This document shows positions 51,444-62,830 of a stretch of DNA of 64,000 nucleotides, piece after piece (position 1 is the stretch's first letter; each line of letters opens with the position of its first letter). The DNA is from Pirellulales bacterium (GTDB lineage Bacteria > Planctomycetota > Planctomycetia > Pirellulales > PALSA-1355), in assembly GCA_963733035.1 (NCBI GenBank), contig CAVTBU010000005.1, positions 2,240,001-2,304,000 on the forward strand. Direction: 5' to 3'. The notes beneath the pieces are model-generated. The model saw nothing but the letters and a program-made list of their open reading frames with translations. It was not told where the DNA came from and ran no database searches. Both the position numbers and the translations under genes were made by a program.

Positions 51444-51527
51444 CCAACCGCACTGCGCCGCGCCTCGACACCTAGGATGAGGCCACCCGAACTCACGGGG
51501 CGTGAAACACTGCGGTTGGTTTTTTTT
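51444..51527 (+). terminator. Branched stem-loop followed by a T8 tract
   Basis: CCAACCGCA (51444-52) pairs with TGCGGTTGG (51511-19), then 8 T; two internal hairpins. Confidence 0.6.
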
Positions 51528-51600
51528 GCGCTCGCCGAATCCGTGCCGCCGCCAGGACGCCGGGGCCCGTTCGACGGGGCGGCTTGAAAGGCATGGTGCG

Positions 51601-53187
51601 CTATTGGCCACTCGCGGTTGTGCGCACGGTGGCTTCGATCACCAGGTCTGCTCCGCCGGCCGCGCAGGCCTCGTCCGCTTCGACGAACACCCGCACGTGA
51701 CATGCACCGCTGGCGTCAGCCGGCACCCGTAGCTCCGTGGCAAATTCGCCCGGCGAAAACTCGCAGGTGACCGAATCAAGCCGTGGCTCGTTGGCCCGTG
51801 CATACACGTCGGCATAGTCGGCCAAAGAATTGGCGTCGAATTGGCCCCGGTGGGGCGGTCGAAATGTGAGCCGATCGCGCCGCACCGCCAGTTCGACCAC
51901 GCCCTTGCCGGCCAGCGGCGAGTGGCCTCGCACCACGAGTTTCGAACCTGCTGTGGCCCGCGCGGCCACCTCGACGTCCACCAAGCGCGGATACGGCACG
52001 CGCAACAGTGGGTCTCCTAGCAGGTTGAATAGGTCGAGATGCTCGGCTCGTTCGGCCTCCAGGGCATCGGCCGCGGGACTCATCAACCGAGCGATGGCAT
52101 CCATCGCCAGCCGGTGCTTGCTGAGGTTTTCGGTCTGCATCATTCGCCGCTTGGCTCCCAGCATCGCGTCGCCCAGCGTGGGAGCGTGTTCGGAAAACAC
52201 CTGTTTCAGCAGTTCGCTTCCCATCACCGTCATGGCATACGGCATGGTCACCCTTGAACCGCATAGAATGGCAACCGGTCCACCGTCGGCCAACAGCATT
52301 TCCTCGGCCAGGCAATCGCGGGGCAGATCGAATGCCCCGGAATAGCAGGCCAGAAAGCAGGCGATCGGAGCGCCGTGCCGGCAAGCGAGTTTGTTCACGT
52401 CGTCGGTCGAAAGAATCGGAAACCTCGCCCCCGGCACGCGCACTTCGTCAACCGACCGTTGCTGTCCGTGCCCCAGATAGACCCAAAACAGGCTCCCCTC
52501 GTTGAGCCGCGAGAGCGTTACGTCGCGAAAATCTCGCGGGTCGGGGCAATAGGGACTTTGCCAACTTCCGTAGGTCATCGTCGTGCAAAAGGCGCTGGGA
52601 ATGCCTTCGCTGATCAGCGACTTGGCCGCAGCCTCAAGCACGGTGTCGGCCACCGCCCCAAAGCCTCCCAGACCGGCCACGAAATGGACTTGGCGACGCC
52701 AGTGACCAAAGTCGGCTGATTTCTCGTAGGCCAGAGTTTTCGCCACAATCCGGCTCAACTGGTCGGCCGAGTCGCAAGCGATGCGCCCCACGGCCAACTC
52801 GGGAATTCGGTCGTCGTCCAAATCGGCATACCAATTGTCGGTCGCAATCTCAGGCGACGAACCAAACCGCACGTTTACCACAGCGCGGCTGTAGTGGGCC
52901 GGAATCGAGCGGCGGCGCACGGCCTCGTCGCGGTACAAGCGAGGATCGGCATCGCCGACCAGGACCAGGTATTTCAGCGATCCCCCTTGAGCAAGTCGGC
53001 GTATTTCCGACCGCAGGCCGTCCGGCGAATGCAGATTCGACAACATGACCAGACCGTGCCCCTGCTGGCGGCGAAACTCGACCCAGGGGGCCAGGGCCTG
53101 GCGGTACTCCTCGGGGCAGACAACCGCCGTGTCGATTTCCACGCCCAGCGGGGCGCATAAAAGCAAAGCCAGCAAGGCACCGATCAT
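51601..53187 (-). CDS. C25 (gingipain-like) cysteine peptidase
   Basis: Signal peptide; YLVLVGD, DNWYADLDDD.IPELAVGRI, YLGHG (His), ACYSGAFD (Cys), FNLLGDP. Confidence 0.88.
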   Translation of the reverse strand: MIGALLALLLCAPLGVEIDTAVVCPEEYRQALAPWVEFRRQQGHGLVMLSNLHSPDGLRSEIRRLAQGGSLKYLVLVGDADPRLYRDEAVRRRSIPAHYSRAVVNVRFGSSPEIATDNWYADLDDDRIPELAVGRIACDSADQLSRIVAKTLAYEKSADFGHWRRQVHFVAGLGGFGAVADTVLEAAAKSLISEGIPSAFCTTMTYGSWQSPYCPDPRDFRDVTLSRLNEGSLFWVYLGHGQQRSVDEVRVPGARFPILSTDDVNKLACRHGAPIACFLACYSGAFDLPRDCLAEEMLLADGGPVAILCGSRVTMPYAMTVMGSELLKQVFSEHAPTLGDAMLGAKRRMMQTENLSKHRLAMDAIARLMSPAADALEAERAEHLDLFNLLGDPLLRVPYPRLVDVEVAARATAGSKLVVRGHSPLAGKGVVELAVRRDRLTFRPPHRGQFDANSLADYADVYARANEPRLDSVTCEFSPGEFATELRVPADASGACHVRVFVEADEACAAGGADLVIEATVRTTASGQ

Positions 53188-53400
53188 CGGTTGGGCGCTC
53201 CTCAGAATGTGGCCAAGACGCACAGCAAGTGTAACCGGAACGCCGCGGTCGACGGAGACCGAATTCTCGCCCCGTCCGTCGGCAGCCGGGACGGGCTTGC
53301 TTGGCCGCGCGATGGGGCTTCAAGTATCATAGAAGCTCAGCCTGCCTCGGGCCGTTTTGCCGTGATCGCGGCAATTCGCAATTTGTGCTGCGAGAAGAAT

Positions 53401-55248
53401 ATGGTCAGTGGACCTACAATTCGACCCGGTAACTGCTGTGCAATACTGCTGGTCGTGGCATTCGCCGCGTTATTGCCACCGGTCTGGGCCCAGGAGCCGG
53501 CCGCTGTCGATGCGTCGGTGGCCCAGCGAGTCGACCAATTACTGGTCGCCCTCGACGATCCGAATTTCAACGTTCGCCGGCAAGCGGCCGACGGCTTGCA
53601 AGCAATGATCGGCGAGGCGTCGCTCTCGCCCTTCCTGGCAAAACGCTTTCAGCACGCACTCGTATCCGAGAACCGCTCCTTCGAGGTTCGAACGCGGTTG
53701 GAAGCGTTGTTGCGCAGGCTCCCTGAAACACCCCCCACCGAACCTCAGCCCATGCGCGATGCGATCGCGCCCCTGCTCAAGCAACTCAATAGCGATCAGT
53801 ACGTCGACCGCGATAGCTCCGTGCGGCAACTGTCGGCAATGTTGGCTTACAAGGACTTGATCGTGCCGGTATGGCTACAAATAAAGCAGCGGGCGGCCGA
53901 TCCCAAGGCCACGGCCTCCGAACGGCGGCTGTTGGATCCGCTCATTGACAAAGCGCACTACGCGTGGCTGCTCTCGGACGTGCCAGACGACGCGTTGCCG
54001 CTTCCAGGTGACGAGCAAATCGAAGCTTGGATCGCCGAAGCTTCCAAACCGGAAAACGTCGAGGAGATCAGCGTTTTCTCGCGCAGCCCAGCCGAGCGTG
54101 AACTACTCGACCTGATTGCCCGCGACGATACCTGCGAACATGTACTGGCGCTACTCCAGGCAAAAATCGACGGGGCCACCGACAAGGTGAATTTGCAGCG
54201 GCTGCAAAATCTCGTCGACTTCGCCAGGCCGGGCATGGCCGCCGAAGGCTGGAGTAACCACACGAATACCGTGCTGCAATATCTGCTCATCAACGTTCCG
54301 CAGTACAACGACGCGATCACCCCGCCACGGGCGACGCACTTCGACCGCATCGACGACCAGACCGCTCATTGCGTCACCGGCAACTCGCTTACCGAAGGGG
54401 ACTATCCGGTGCGGGTCGCAATTCCGCATCCCGAGCCGGGCCGTGACACGATGTTCTATCTCACCAACCTGCCAACGCCGCGCAGCCGATTGGCGTTCGA
54501 GTATTCCGTGCGCCGCGACGAGCACACGCGACTGGCGGAAATCAGCAAACGCACGCTCGACTATTTTCTCAATCGGAAAACACCGTTGAGCGAGGTCGAG
54601 ATTCTGTTACTCGCGCAGCTCGACCCGCGGGCCGTTTCACGGTTCGTCGGTGACTATTTCGCGTCTGTACCCAACGCGCCACTCGCGTCCACGCCAAACG
54701 GACTTAACAGCCAAACCACGCTCTACGGCGGCATCTGCGCGGTGCTGAGCCGCGTAGGCACGCACGACGCGGTGCCCGCGCTCGAAAAGCTGGCTCGCAG
54801 CGGCGCGCTGGGCAAGCCGGTTTATCCCAATCGCGTGGAAGTGGCCTGGGTGGCGCTGTTGGCCATTGCGGCCCGCGATCCCTGGCCGGAAGTCGACCCG
54901 TGGCTGGCCGCCCTGATCGACGAAACGCTGCCGTTGACCACCGATCCCGACCTGCCGCCGGAGTTGGGAGCCAGCGCCGCGGGCTTGCTGATCGATCGCC
55001 GTGGTGCGTCCGTCCGTCCGTTTGGTCTGGTGACCGCCGGAGAAAGCGTTACTGACGCGTTCCAATTCTATGGCTACCGCTTCACGACCGAGGATGACCG
55101 CGCCGACGTGAAACGCTGGTGGAAGAAGCAACAAACCATCGCGGCCGCGGCACAAAAGGCCGGCGATGGCATTGCGACGGAGCGCGAGGCGCCCCCAAGA
55201 AGGCACGTTGTCCGCCGGATCAGTGGTCGTAAGGTCCCACCTCCTTGA
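53401..55248 (+). CDS. Exported alpha-helical (HEAT-like) hypothetical protein
   Basis: Signal peptide ending VWA-Q; LDDPNFNVRRQAA and LNSDQYVDRDSS HEAT-like motifs. Confidence 0.65.
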   Translation: MVSGPTIRPGNCCAILLVVAFAALLPPVWAQEPAAVDASVAQRVDQLLVALDDPNFNVRRQAADGLQAMIGEASLSPFLAKRFQHALVSENRSFEVRTRLEALLRRLPETPPTEPQPMRDAIAPLLKQLNSDQYVDRDSSVRQLSAMLAYKDLIVPVWLQIKQRAADPKATASERRLLDPLIDKAHYAWLLSDVPDDALPLPGDEQIEAWIAEASKPENVEEISVFSRSPAERELLDLIARDDTCEHVLALLQAKIDGATDKVNLQRLQNLVDFARPGMAAEGWSNHTNTVLQYLLINVPQYNDAITPPRATHFDRIDDQTAHCVTGNSLTEGDYPVRVAIPHPEPGRDTMFYLTNLPTPRSRLAFEYSVRRDEHTRLAEISKRTLDYFLNRKTPLSEVEILLLAQLDPRAVSRFVGDYFASVPNAPLASTPNGLNSQTTLYGGICAVLSRVGTHDAVPALEKLARSGALGKPVYPNRVEVAWVALLAIAARDPWPEVDPWLAALIDETLPLTTDPDLPPELGASAAGLLIDRRGASVRPFGLVTAGESVTDAFQFYGYRFTTEDDRADVKRWWKKQQTIAAAAQKAGDGIATEREAPPRRHVVRRISGRKVPPP

Positions 55249-55251
55249 CCG

Positions 55252-56277
55252 CTAGAGCCATTTCTGCCAGCGATACCATTCGGCCGTTTGACGTAGCCGC
55301 TCGAAGACGGGCACCTGCGGGGCGAATCCCAGGTCGCGTCGGATCGTTTGCGTCGAGCAAACCCAATCGCCGGCGCCTGCCTCGCGGGCCTTGTCGAAGT
55401 TGAAGATGTACGGCTGACCCCGCAGGCGCGAGATGGCCTCGGCCACGGCCGCCGCGGGCCACAGCAGGGTCGGACCCGAACTGCGGAAGATCCTCACGCT
55501 CTGGCGCCCCAAGCTCTTGCCGATCAATACGCCCAACTCCGCGAACGTCGGCTGCTCGTCGGTGGCCACGAAGTAATAGCCTTGGGGCGGAATTCTCTTG
55601 TCAACAGTCCCGGCAGGAGCCAGGCGGCTGCCTCGTTCTGCACAGGAAATCAGCGAATCGATCAGGTCCTGCACGTGAATCAGTGAGTAATGCGATCCAG
55701 CGACACCCAACGCCACGTGCACGCCGAACCGAAAGATCGATCGAAACACGTCCCGCATTTGAAGATCGCCTTCGCCAAACACGATCGGCGGGCGCACGAT
55801 GGTAATCGGCACCCGGTCGGCGTATTGTTCGGCGATCAGCTCGGCGGCCCGCTTGGCCCGGCCGTAGTTCGACACGGGCATCGGCGGATCGCTCTCAGTA
55901 CGGGCGCGGTTCGGCGTCGAAGGTCCCGCCGCCGCCAGCGATGACACCGACACCAACACCGGTGGTGTCGACCGCGCGGCGCAGGCGTCGACCACATTGC
56001 GAAAGCCCTCAGAATTGACCAACATCAGATCGCGGGCACGAAATGCCGAAGCCAGGCCGGCCAAGTGATAAACCACTTGAGCGTCGCCCACCGCGGCACC
56101 GACCGACCGCGGATCGCGCACGTCCCCGACGGCGTAGCGCACGCCCAGCAGGTCGAGCCCCGCGCGGTTCGACGTTTCGCGCACCAGACAGGTGACTTCG
56201 TCGCCCCGAGCGACCAGTCGCTCAGTCAGATTCGTGCCAATGAACCCACTGGCACCGGTGACCAGTACTTTAGCCAT
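55252..56277 (-). CDS. NAD-dependent epimerase/dehydratase (extended SDR, HpnA/DFR-like)
   Basis: VTGASGFIG, YHLAG, VSS, YGRAK, RPPIVFG. Confidence 0.88.
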   Translation of the reverse strand: MAKVLVTGASGFIGTNLTERLVARGDEVTCLVRETSNRAGLDLLGVRYAVGDVRDPRSVGAAVGDAQVVYHLAGLASAFRARDLMLVNSEGFRNVVDACAARSTPPVLVSVSSLAAAGPSTPNRARTESDPPMPVSNYGRAKRAAELIAEQYADRVPITIVRPPIVFGEGDLQMRDVFRSIFRFGVHVALGVAGSHYSLIHVQDLIDSLISCAERGSRLAPAGTVDKRIPPQGYYFVATDEQPTFAELGVLIGKSLGRQSVRIFRSSGPTLLWPAAAVAEAISRLRGQPYIFNFDKAREAGAGDWVCSTQTIRRDLGFAPQVPVFERLRQTAEWYRWQKWL

Positions 56278-56635
56278 CGCCGCAGCGCCGGCGCTCCCTT
56301 GCCGGACACGAAGGAAACTACTCGACATGCCGTGTAAGTTGCACGGACAAGAATAAAATCGTCAAGGAGCCCTGAACTCTGTGGATGGAACTCGGGTCGG
56401 ACTTGTAATCGGCACGGACGCGACAAACCGCATGCCGGCCGATGGCATGCGCAGGCGACGACAGGTGCAAGCGGCGTGCCAGGACACATCTGCTCGGCAC
56501 AAAGCGCATCGCCCGCAGCACTGTTCCCCGACCTTGGGGGAGATATACTTTAGTGACGCCAACCCGCGCGGCACGAAGCAAGTTCCCCCACCTGCCAATT
56601 TTCCGCGCTCGTCCCCAGAAAGTCGCACGCAAGCC

Positions 56636-57781
56636 ATGAGCATCGCCTCTCCCCAAGAGGGGTCGGCCGCCTTCGAGTTGGCCCCCTACAAGTCACTCGA
56701 CAACGAAACACTGCAGGCCCGAATCGACGCAGTCCGCGACCAGATGGGGTCGTCGCTGCTCATCCTGGGGCACCACTATCAGCAGGACGAAGTGATCGCC
56801 ATGAGCGATCTGCGGGGCGATAGCTACCAGCTCAGCAAGATGGCGGCCGAAAGCGGCGAATGCCGCGCGATTGCGTTTTGCGGTGTGCACTTCATGGCCG
56901 AAACGGCTGACATTCTGGCCAACCAGCCAGGCAAGCTCACCGACCGTGGTGGCGAGCGCGTCACGGTCATTCTGCCCGATATGGCCGCTGGCTGTTCGAT
57001 GGCCGACATGGCCGCGATCGAACAGGTCGAATCCGCGTGGGAAGAGCTTGGCGAGGTGATCGACACCGCGGATATTACGCCCGTTACCTACATCAACTCC
57101 GCCGCCAGTCTGAAGTCCTTTTGCGGCCGCCACGGGGGTATCGTTTGCACCTCGAGCAATGCGCGGGCCGTGCTCAACTGGGCGTTCGAGCGCACCGGCC
57201 GTGTGCTGTTTTTCCCTGATCAGCATCTGGGACGCAACACGGCCAAGGCCATGGGCATTCCGCTTGAGCAAATGCCTGTCTGGGATCCGATCCGAGACGA
57301 GCTAGGCGGCAATACGCCCGATGCTCTCCGCAACAGCAAAGTCTTGCTGTGGCGCGGCCACTGCAGCGTGCACCAGATGTTCACCGCGGCCCACGTCAAC
57401 TTGTTCCGCGAGAAGATGCCCGGCATCAAGATTCTGGTGCATCCCGAGTGCACGATGGAAGTCGTCGACCTGGCCGACGTGCAAGGTTCGACTGGCAAGA
57501 TCATCCGCGAAGTGGAACAAGCGCCCCCGGGCACGAAATGGGCCATCGGTACCGAGCTGCACCTGGTAAACCGGCTTAAACAGGAACACCCCGAGCAGGA
57601 AATCCACTTCCTTTCGCCGGTCGTCTGCATGTGCGCCACGATGTACCGCATCGATCTGGCTCATCTTTGCTGGAGCCTGGAGAACCTAGCCGCCGGCAAG
57701 CCGGTCAATGTCATCCGCGTTGATGACGAGGTGGCCCGCTGGTCGCTGGTGGCGCTCGAGCGGATGCTGGCGGTGAAATGA
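56636..57781 (+). CDS. nadA: Quinolinate synthase
   Basis: LGHHYQ, FCGVHFMAE, AGCSMA, TYINS, HCSVH, HPEC, CATM. Confidence 0.95.
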   Translation: MSIASPQEGSAAFELAPYKSLDNETLQARIDAVRDQMGSSLLILGHHYQQDEVIAMSDLRGDSYQLSKMAAESGECRAIAFCGVHFMAETADILANQPGKLTDRGGERVTVILPDMAAGCSMADMAAIEQVESAWEELGEVIDTADITPVTYINSAASLKSFCGRHGGIVCTSSNARAVLNWAFERTGRVLFFPDQHLGRNTAKAMGIPLEQMPVWDPIRDELGGNTPDALRNSKVLLWRGHCSVHQMFTAAHVNLFREKMPGIKILVHPECTMEVVDLADVQGSTGKIIREVEQAPPGTKWAIGTELHLVNRLKQEHPEQEIHFLSPVVCMCATMYRIDLAHLCWSLENLAAGKPVNVIRVDDEVARWSLVALERMLAVK

Positions 57782-57909
57782 GAGCGCCTCGATGCCGAGA
57801 TTAGCGTTCCAATTGCCGCAGTTGAGCACCTTGTGGCCGCCCGCGGGCTTCGGTAGGCTACCCGTTTTCCCCGACTTAAGAATCTCCCTCCGCACGATCT
57901 CGATCCATC

Positions 57910-59143
57910 ATGAGCGACCCCTACTTCCAAAAGCTTTTCGCCGACCGCGTGGGCGGCATCAACTATGGCAAAGGCACCGCGATCTATAAATTCGAGAAGA
58001 TCAAGCGGGCCAAGCGCAAGGCGCGTCACCGACCATCCCGAGCGGAAGCTGATCGACTTCGGCATCGGCGAGAACGACGAGATGGCCCCAGCGACGAGTC
58101 GCGCAAGGTTGGCCGAGGAGATCAACAAACCGGAAAACCGCGGCTACGCCGATAACGGACCGCCCGAGTACAAGGAAGCGGTGGCCCGCTTCATGCAACG
58201 CAACTTTGGCGTCGAGCTCGACCCAGCCAAGGAAGTGAACCATTGCATCGGTTCAAAGACAGCGCTGGCCATGCTGCCGGCCGCGTTCATCAATCCCGGC
58301 GACATCACGCTGATGACCGTGCCGGGTTACCCGGTGGCCGGCACGCACACGAAGTACTACGGCGGCAGCGTCTATGCCTTGCCGCTGTTGCCGGAGAACA
58401 ACTTTTTCCCTGACTTCGATTCGATTCCGGCCGATATCTGCCGTCAGGCCAAGCTGCTGGTGCTGTGCTATCCCAACAGCCCCACCGGCAAGGTCGCCAC
58501 GCGAGACTTTTACGGGCGGGCCATTGAATTTGCCCAGAAACACGAAATTGTGATCGTGCAGGACGCCGCGCACATCATGCTGACGTTCGAGGGGGAGCCT
58601 CTCAGTTTTCTCTCGGTACCGGGGGCCAAGGAAGTCGGCGTCGAAATTCACTCGATGTCCAAGGGCTTCCACATGATTGGCTGGCGGTTGGGCTGGGTTT
58701 GCGGCCACGAGCGCATCGTACAGGCCTTTGCCGACGTGAAGGACAATAGCGACTCAGGTCAATTCCTGGCGATACAGAAAGCGGCCGCCGCGGCACTCGA
58801 CGATCCCCAGATTCCCGCCCAGGTTCGCGCCAAGTATGAACGGCGCTGCCGCAAGCTGGTCGACGTGCTCAATCGTACCGGCTTTACCTGCCAGATGCCC
58901 GGCGGTACGTACTTTATCTATGCAAAGAGTCCGAAGGGGATTGCGGGTGGACCACAATTCGACTCCGCCGAGGCCGCCAGTCAGTACCTGATTACCGAGC
59001 ACTCGATCTGCACGGTTCCCTGGGATGACGCGGGACCGCACCTGCGGTTCTCGGTAACGTACGAAGCGCTCGACGACGCGGCGGAAGACGCTTTGATGGC
59101 CGCCACCGAAGATCGGTTGAAACAGATTCAACCGATCTTCTAA
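57910..59143 (+). CDS. dapL: LL-diaminopimelate aminotransferase (apparent frameshift ~58023)
   Basis: LFADRVGG...YKFEKIKRAK joins IDFGIGE, GSKTAL, YPNSPTG, SMSKGF..GWRLG. Confidence 0.85.
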
Positions 59144-59170
59144 GGCAGCGTACCGATCGGTTCGTTCGAT

Positions 59171-59793
59171 CTAACTCGTCGCCGGCACGCGTTCAATGCG
59201 ATGAGCCAAGCCGATCAGTTCAGCTCGCGAATGGGCCCCCATTTTCCGCATCACGCTGGCGCGGCGAAGTTGAATCGTGCGAAGGCTCAAATCAAGTTTC
59301 AGCGCGATGGCCTTGTCCGGCTTGCCGGCCACAGTCAGGTCGAGCACCTGGCGCTCGTCGACCGTCAGCGTCTCGAAGCGCCCAATAGATCGCGGCGCTG
59401 GGCCGAGGCTTCCCGCTGTTTGGAGTCGCGCTCGATGGCACGCCGCACGCTGTCCATCAGCGCCGAACCAGGGTAGGGCTTCTCGAGGAAATCGACCGCG
59501 CCCGCCTTGATGGCTGCCACGGCCGCCGGAATATCGCCGTGACCGCTGATCATGATCACCGGCACGTCGGCGTGGCGAGCGGCCAGTTCCTCGATCACCT
59601 CCAAGCCGTTGAGCTGCGGCATCTTCAAATCGAGCACCACGCAGCCCGGCTGGTTGGCTGAATAGCCATCGAGAAACTCACGCCCCGATGCGTAGCATTC
59701 GACCTCCAGGTTCATGGATTGGATCAGCGCGGCCAGCGACTCGCGCACTTGTTCGTCGTCGTCGACGACCGATACGATGGGTGTGGAATTCAT
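59171..59793 (-). CDS. FixJ-like response regulator, REC plus LuxR HTH (apparent frameshift ~59381)
   Basis: VVDDD, VLDLKMP, ISGHGD, FLEKP; after the shift LTVDERQVL...DKAIALKLDLSLRTI.LRRASVMRKM, stop at 59171. Confidence 0.88.
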
Positions 59794-62497
59794 TCGCCTG
59801 CTCCGAACAACGGCAACGTGAAACGAAACGTGACGCCACGATCGAGGTTGGCTTCCGCCCACAGCCGGCCGCCGTGGTCTTCCACGATAGAGCGGCTAAT
59901 GGCCAATCCGATGCCAACCCCATTGGGCTTACTGGTAACGAACGCGTCAAACACGCGCTCCAAGTCCTCCGCATTGATTCCTTCGCCGACATCCTTCACG
60001 GAGATTTCGGTTTTGTCGGCTTGCCGGGCGATAGCGATCGACACCGATCGGTCGTCCGACGGATTGCCAGCCATGGCTTCATAGGCGTTCCGCAGCAGGT
60101 TCACAAGCACCTGCTCGATTTGAATCCGGTCGACGCGGACCGGAAGCGAACTTTTGGGAGGACGCCAGCGCAATCGCACGCTCTTGAGCCGCGTTTCAGC
60201 CTCGAGCAAGTCGATCACCTCGGTGACCAGTTCGCTGGCTTCGATCGTTTCGCGCTTCGGGTCACTCTTGCGGGTGAATGATCGCAGCCGGCGAATCATT
60301 TCGGCCGCGCGATGCGTGTTGTGGGCGATCTTGCCAATCCAATTCAGGACATTCTCACTAATCGTGCCGTTCTGGGCGCCGCCGTTCTCAAGGGCTCGCG
60401 TGCAACTTTCGGCATAGTTGCTGATGGCGGTCAGTGGCTGATTGAGTTCGTGCGCGATGCCGGTGGCGATTTCGCCCATCGTGCTGATTCGCGAGCGGTG
60501 TGCCAGTTCTGCCTGATGCATGTGGGCCAGGGTTTCAGCTCGCCGCCGCTCGGAAATATCCATGATCGACCCGACCATCCGCACCGGCACGCCTTGCTCG
60601 TCGTGCATCACGAATCCACGATCGATCACATCGGCATAGCTGCCGTCGGCACGCCGGAAGCGATACTCGTAGACGCATTGCTGGGAAGTCGCGCTGTCCA
60701 TCGCGGGCATCTGCGCCACCACCCGCTCGCGATCGTCGGGGTGAATACGGTCGACCCACCACGCCAGGTCCGGAGTGATCTGTTCGGCGCATAGCCGAAC
60801 AGGCTCTGAAAACCCTTGCTGCGCCAGACATAGTCGCGCTTGCGGTCCCAGTCCCAAATCGCATCCCGCGTGGCTTTGGCGGCCAGACGAAACCGAGCGT
60901 CGCTCTCGCGCAACTTTTGTTCCGTGGTTTTCAGTTCCGTGATATCAATGATCGATCCGACCATTCGCACGGGCTTCTGCTGTTCGTCGAAAATCACAAA
61001 ACCGCGGTCGTAGACAAAGGCATAACTGCCGTCGGTTCGCTGCAAACGATACTCAAACACCCATTGTTGTCGGCCGCCCTCGGCATCGCCTGGCACCATC
61101 GACAGCACGCGTTCGCGATCGTCCGGATGGATGCGCCGCCGCCACCATTCGACAGCCGATTCCTTGGCGCGGTCAAACGTGCCAAAGACCTCCAAATAAG
61201 CTTCATTCTGCCACAAGCGATTTTCGCGCAGGTCCCAGTCCCAAATGGCCTCGCGCGTGGCGCCGGCAATCAACTGAAACCGTTGATGGCTTTCGCGCAG
61301 CTGCTGTTCAATTTCCTTTCGGTCGGTAATGTCCTGCCCCGTGGCGAAAAACAGTCCTTGCTCAATGCAGGGCACCGCGTCCCACAAGATCCAGCGAAAA
61401 GTGCCGTCTTTCGAACGGACCCGCATTTCGGTCGTGGTAACCATTTCGCCAGCCAACAGTTGTTGTCCCATGGCCGCGGCCAATTCAAAATCGTCTGGAT
61501 GCAAGAGCGACGACAGCGGAAGCTTCTTGAGCTCCTTGGGTGAATAGCCGAGCACGCCCACCGAAGCGCTCCAGCGCCGCATGTACCCGTCGAAACCGCC
61601 GACGCACAGCAGGCTCAGCGATTGTTCATAAATCTGGTCGCGTTCGAGTTCGGCCTGCTTGCGGTCCGTAATATCGACGTGAGCCACGATGGCGCCACGG
61701 TATTTGTCGTCGCGCAATGGGCTGGCCGCCATGCGGAACCACCGTTGCGTCCCATCGATCACGCAGGGATACTCGCAGCCGAAGGTGGGAAAACGATCGT
61801 CCAATACGTTGCGCAGCCCGGCGGCGATTGCTTCCGCATGCTCGTGACCTTCGGCCACGGCCGCGTCACACACAGCCACGTAGTCGACGCCCTCAATATG
61901 CCGGGCGCTCTGAAACCGGTTTTCAATGGCATGCCGGCGCCAGGCATTGTTCGCAGCGCGAATGACACCTCGCTCGTCGAGCATGGCGAGATGCACCGGC
62001 AGGGCATTGAGAATATTGCAATACGCGTAGATGTCTTCGGCTGTCGGCGTCGCGTGTCCGTTGGTGCCCACCGCTCGCCGCTTACCTGCGGCGGCCACGA
62101 TGCTGCCAGCCAATCGGTCGAGATAGCCAGGCTGTTTTGTCAGGTAATCGGCCGCACCCCGTTTGATCGATTCGGCCGCCCAATACTCGTCGCCGCGCGA
62201 GGTCAAAAGGATCACGGCGGTACCCAAACCACTGTGCTGACACTGCTCCAAGATCGAAAGTCGATTGCCTCCATCGTCCGCCAACTCGCTGACGACGACG
62301 TCGATTCCCTCCTCGCGCAGCAAGCGATCGATGTCGCTCGAATCAGTCGACTCGACCAGTGAGAATCGTTCGTCGCGACCGAGCGATTGCACCACGTCGG
62401 AACGCTCCGGGCTGCCGTCGTCGACGAGCAGCACTCGCAAGCGATCAACCTCTTGCGGTTTGGATTTAGGTTTGGATTCGAGGATTGATCCGCGCAT
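59790..62497 (-). CDS. FixL-like sensor histidine kinase with N-terminal REC and multiple PAS/PAC domains (apparent frameshift ~60785)
   Basis: LLVDD receiver, repeated IHPDD and DITD/E.K PAC motifs, HELNQPLTAI H-box, NLLRNA, GVGIGLAI. Confidence 0.9.
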
Positions 62498-62830
62498 CGC
62501 TGACGCTCAACGGGAAGCCGGAAACAGGAAACGCCATAGGGCAGCGCGGGCCGGTTGCGCGACGGCAAGAAAGGAGGGCCCCAGGCTGCCCGCCGCTCGG
62601 TATTTCAGGCGTCTCTCGCTAAATTGAATTAACCCACGATCCCTCTGCCTCCAATTTCGTTGAGCCCTCGGGCCCCGTCAACCCCGCGGCAAAGCACCCT
62701 CGACTTAGGACGGCTTGATTCGGCCCCAAAAATGCACAAAATGACAGTTTACCAATCGGTCGACCCAAGTGTTGGGGCCCCTCGTCGGGCCGCGGGGGCG
62801 ATCGTTCCCTCCTGGCCCATGCCGACCGAT

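Noticed and set aside
51470..51510. Hammerhead ribozyme (GATGA...GAAAC)
   Set aside because: The invariant CUGA core is absent and stems I and III cannot be built.
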